Assembly: GCA_038523235.1 (NCBI GenBank)
Contig: JBCBJQ010000018.1
Coordinates: 19,481-83,480 of the forward strand
Length of the DNA stretch: 64,000 nucleotides
From: Cyanobacteria bacterium J06626_4
GTDB lineage: Bacteria > Cyanobacteriota > Cyanobacteriia > Phormidesmidales > Phormidesmidaceae
Direction of reading: 5' to 3'
Shown here: one piece after another, positions 61,821 through 64,000 of the stretch
Position numbering within the stretch: position 1 is the first letter of the stretch
How the letters are laid out: each line of letters opens with the position of its first letter
The notes under the pieces: model-generated
Told to the model about the DNA's origin: nothing
Databases searched by the model: none
What the model saw: the letters and a program-made list of their open reading frames with translations, nothing else
Program-made: the position numbers and the translations under genes

Positions 61821-62813
61821 CTAATTCATACCGATTCCGGTTTGAGCCAAGAAGGCAGCAACTTCCTGAGGAATCGGTTGAGCCGCGATCGCACCGGGCT
61901 TCAGCGTGGTCAACGCCCCCACTGCGCTGGCGTAGCGCAAAATTTCTGCAGTCTTGACCGGATACTGCAAATCATCCCAGGACCGCTGCTGCAGCTGGTG
62001 GATCACCCCCGCCAGAAACGCATCCCCGGCTCCGGTAGTATCGATGCTGGCCACCTCAAAGGCGGGCAGGGCTACGGTGTGGTGTTTCGTAGCGCAAACA
62101 CTGCCATTGCCGCCATCCGTCAGCAATACCGCCTGACAGCGAGGAAACTGCTGGCAAATTTCGGTAGCGGAGTCGGTGTCGAGCAGCCACAGGGCTTCTT
62201 CGCGGGACAGCTTAAGTAGGTCAGCCGTCGCCAAAAGGGGACGAATCTTGGAAGCGGCTAGGGCCACTTCAGGCCAGAATACGGGCCGCCAGTTCAGATC
62301 AATCACCAGCTTGCCACCAGAAGCTTGCACCTTTTCCTGGGCGCGGGCCATCGCTTTGGCTGTGATGGGGTAGGCGAGGCCGAGGGTGCCCATCACCAGA
62401 CAGTCCACCCCAGCAAAATCTAAGGTGTCAATCCATTCAGGAGCGAGGCAGGCATCGGCAAAGGCGGTGGCATCGAGGCCGCTAAAGCCGATGAACTGGC
62501 GATCGCCTAATTCATCTCGCTGCACCAACACCGTCCGCGTCGGAGCCTGGGTCACCCGCTGAATTTGACAGTCCACGCCCTGGGCTTGGAGCACCTGCAG
62601 CAGCCAGTCCCCCAAATCATCTTGCCCGAGGCAACTGACCAAACGAGTGGGGGTACCGAGCTTGGCGATCGCGGCTGCCACATTAGCCGGTGCGCCGCCG
62701 GGGTAATCGGTGCCGCTATGCAAGGAACTTTGGGGCGAGTCCCCGAGTTCAAATAGGCGATCGACCAGGCATTCTCCCAGACACATTACCGATGCGGTCA
62801 TAATATTTTCCAA
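61821..62813 (-). CDS. PfkB-family carbohydrate kinase (fructokinase-like)
   Basis: 'GGAPANVA', 'DLNWRP', 'DTTGAGDAF'. Confidence 0.92.
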   Translation of the reverse strand: MENIMTASVMCLGECLVDRLFELGDSPQSSLHSGTDYPGGAPANVAAAIAKLGTPTRLVSCLGQDDLGDWLLQVLQAQGVDCQIQRVTQAPTRTVLVQRDELGDRQFIGFSGLDATAFADACLAPEWIDTLDFAGVDCLVMGTLGLAYPITAKAMARAQEKVQASGGKLVIDLNWRPVFWPEVALAASKIRPLLATADLLKLSREEALWLLDTDSATEICQQFPRCQAVLLTDGGNGSVCATKHHTVALPAFEVASIDTTGAGDAFLAGVIHQLQQRSWDDLQYPVKTAEILRYASAVGALTTLKPGAIAAQPIPQEVAAFLAQTGIGMN

Positions 62814-62866
62814 GTTTCCTCAAGCGTTGTAGGCCGCCCCGCCCCATGAATGGGCTAGGACATAAA

Positions 62867-63856
62867 TTATGCTTTCGCCAAAATCACCTCAGCGGCAGCT
62901 TCGTCGGTAATCAAGCCGGTAATGAGCTGGCCCCGTAGAGCCGCCAGAATCGCTTCGCCCTTGTTGAGTCCCCCGGCCACGCCAATAATTGAGCGCTGGG
63001 CCGGTTGTTCTAGGGGGACACTGGCCACGCGAGTATTGGTGCCTGTAGTCAACAAAATGCCCTGAGCGTCGTAAGCCCAGCCCGCAATTTCGCCAATCGC
63101 ACCCTGCTCGATCAGCTCTGTCAGCTCGGCATCGTTGATAAAGCCATCCTCATGCAGAGGCGAGTTCCAGGCGATGTGGCTCATGCCGACAAAAGTGGCT
63201 TTGGCCTGTTCTGCCAAAGCTCTGATCGTGACAAACGCTTTCTGGGTTTGCAAGAGATCTCGTTCTTCCACGCTGTTGGCCACGGTGGGTACCGGCAGCG
63301 GGTAGGCCTGGGAGCCGATCCGTTCTGAGAGGTGCATCACCACTTCGTAGCGACCGGCCAACCCGTAGTGAGACATGTTGCCCACAGTGGAGACAATTTT
63401 GTGGTGGGGCTGCTCCATCGAAGGCAGCTGCTCCACCGCTGCCCGCAGGGTGCGACCTGAGGAAAATGCCAGAATGGCAGGCGATTTCGCCATCAGATAG
63501 GTCTCTAGATGGGTCGCTGCACAGACCCCTAATCCGCTATAGGGCGATCCGCCTCCGACCGGGCTGGGGACGACCTCACATAGGGACAGCGCAAATTTGT
63601 CTCGCAAGGTCTCGGCCAAAGCAATGCAGTGACTGAGGGGATGATCGAGACGAAATTTAATCAGCTTTTCGCTGGCAGCGAGGGCTACCAGACGCTGGGC
63701 CGCCTGACGCGACACGTTCAATTTGGTGGCAATTTCTTCCTGGGTGTTGTTGGCGATGTAATACAGCCAAGCGGCGTGGGCCGCTAACTCTAGCTTGCGA
63801 TGGCCCTGCTGGGCCGGTCTCCGAACATCGCGCCGTTCCGCATTCAGATCTGCCAT
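62867..63856 (-). CDS. SorC/DeoR-type sugar-binding transcriptional regulator
   Basis: 'AAWLYY..TQEEIA.KLNVSRQ..QRL' HTH + sugar-binding domain 'K.EAILAALRG.LI.GLITDE'; AGGAG just upstream of ATG 63856 (ORF extends to 63910). Confidence 0.9.
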   Translation of the reverse strand: MADLNAERRDVRRPAQQGHRKLELAAHAAWLYYIANNTQEEIATKLNVSRQAAQRLVALAASEKLIKFRLDHPLSHCIALAETLRDKFALSLCEVVPSPVGGGSPYSGLGVCAATHLETYLMAKSPAILAFSSGRTLRAAVEQLPSMEQPHHKIVSTVGNMSHYGLAGRYEVVMHLSERIGSQAYPLPVPTVANSVEERDLLQTQKAFVTIRALAEQAKATFVGMSHIAWNSPLHEDGFINDAELTELIEQGAIGEIAGWAYDAQGILLTTGTNTRVASVPLEQPAQRSIIGVAGGLNKGEAILAALRGQLITGLITDEAAAEVILAKA

Positions 63857-64000
63857 CTCCTGCCTCGAAGTGAGTCCTGATCTACTATCGCAGCCAGGCT
63901 TCCACTCCATAAGGATATCTGCTTAGGGAATGAGCATATCTTCAAAAATATAATTTGTGCCCACTTTTATTATTCTTTGTAAATACCTCGCGATCCTTCG

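Larger units (their letters stand above)
1..64000. repeat. HIP1 (GCGATCGC) dispersed throughout
   Basis: Many dozens of copies, e.g. 118, 361, 526, 24024, 26017, 28306, 29837. Confidence 0.95.

Overview
A 64-kb chromosomal segment of a cyanobacterium. The HIP1 octamer GCGATCGC is dense throughout, ValRS carries a CAAD insert, and there is a PEP-CTERM protein and a CPP1-like gene; a filamentous Leptolyngbya/Nodosilinea-like lineage is my inference. Most of the window is housekeeping: valS, guaA, cbiD, moaA, rpiA, ctaA/ctaB, folK, panB, uvrC, aroQ, yvcK, mlaF/mlaD-like genes, two GH13 enzymes, a GPH sugar transporter, a PfkB kinase and a SorC-type regulator. Two accessory blocks stand out. (1) At about 23.3-31.0 kb, four tandem co-oriented genes share an unnamed ~90-aa N-terminal module, each with a HIP1 site at the same codons, fused to different membrane or ankyrin C-termini. 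Two paralogous small membrane genes sit divergently in front of the first two, and the first large gene is broken by a TGA that arose inside a HIP1 site. (2) At about 44.3-56.6 kb is a complete Wsp-like chemosensory cluster with two chemoreceptors, whose WspR-like receiver is fused to a histidine kinase instead of a GGDEF domain. Two small ORFs missing from the supplied track were found by manual translation. No tRNA, rRNA, CRISPR array or transposase was recognised. All product calls come from motif recognition, not database searches.
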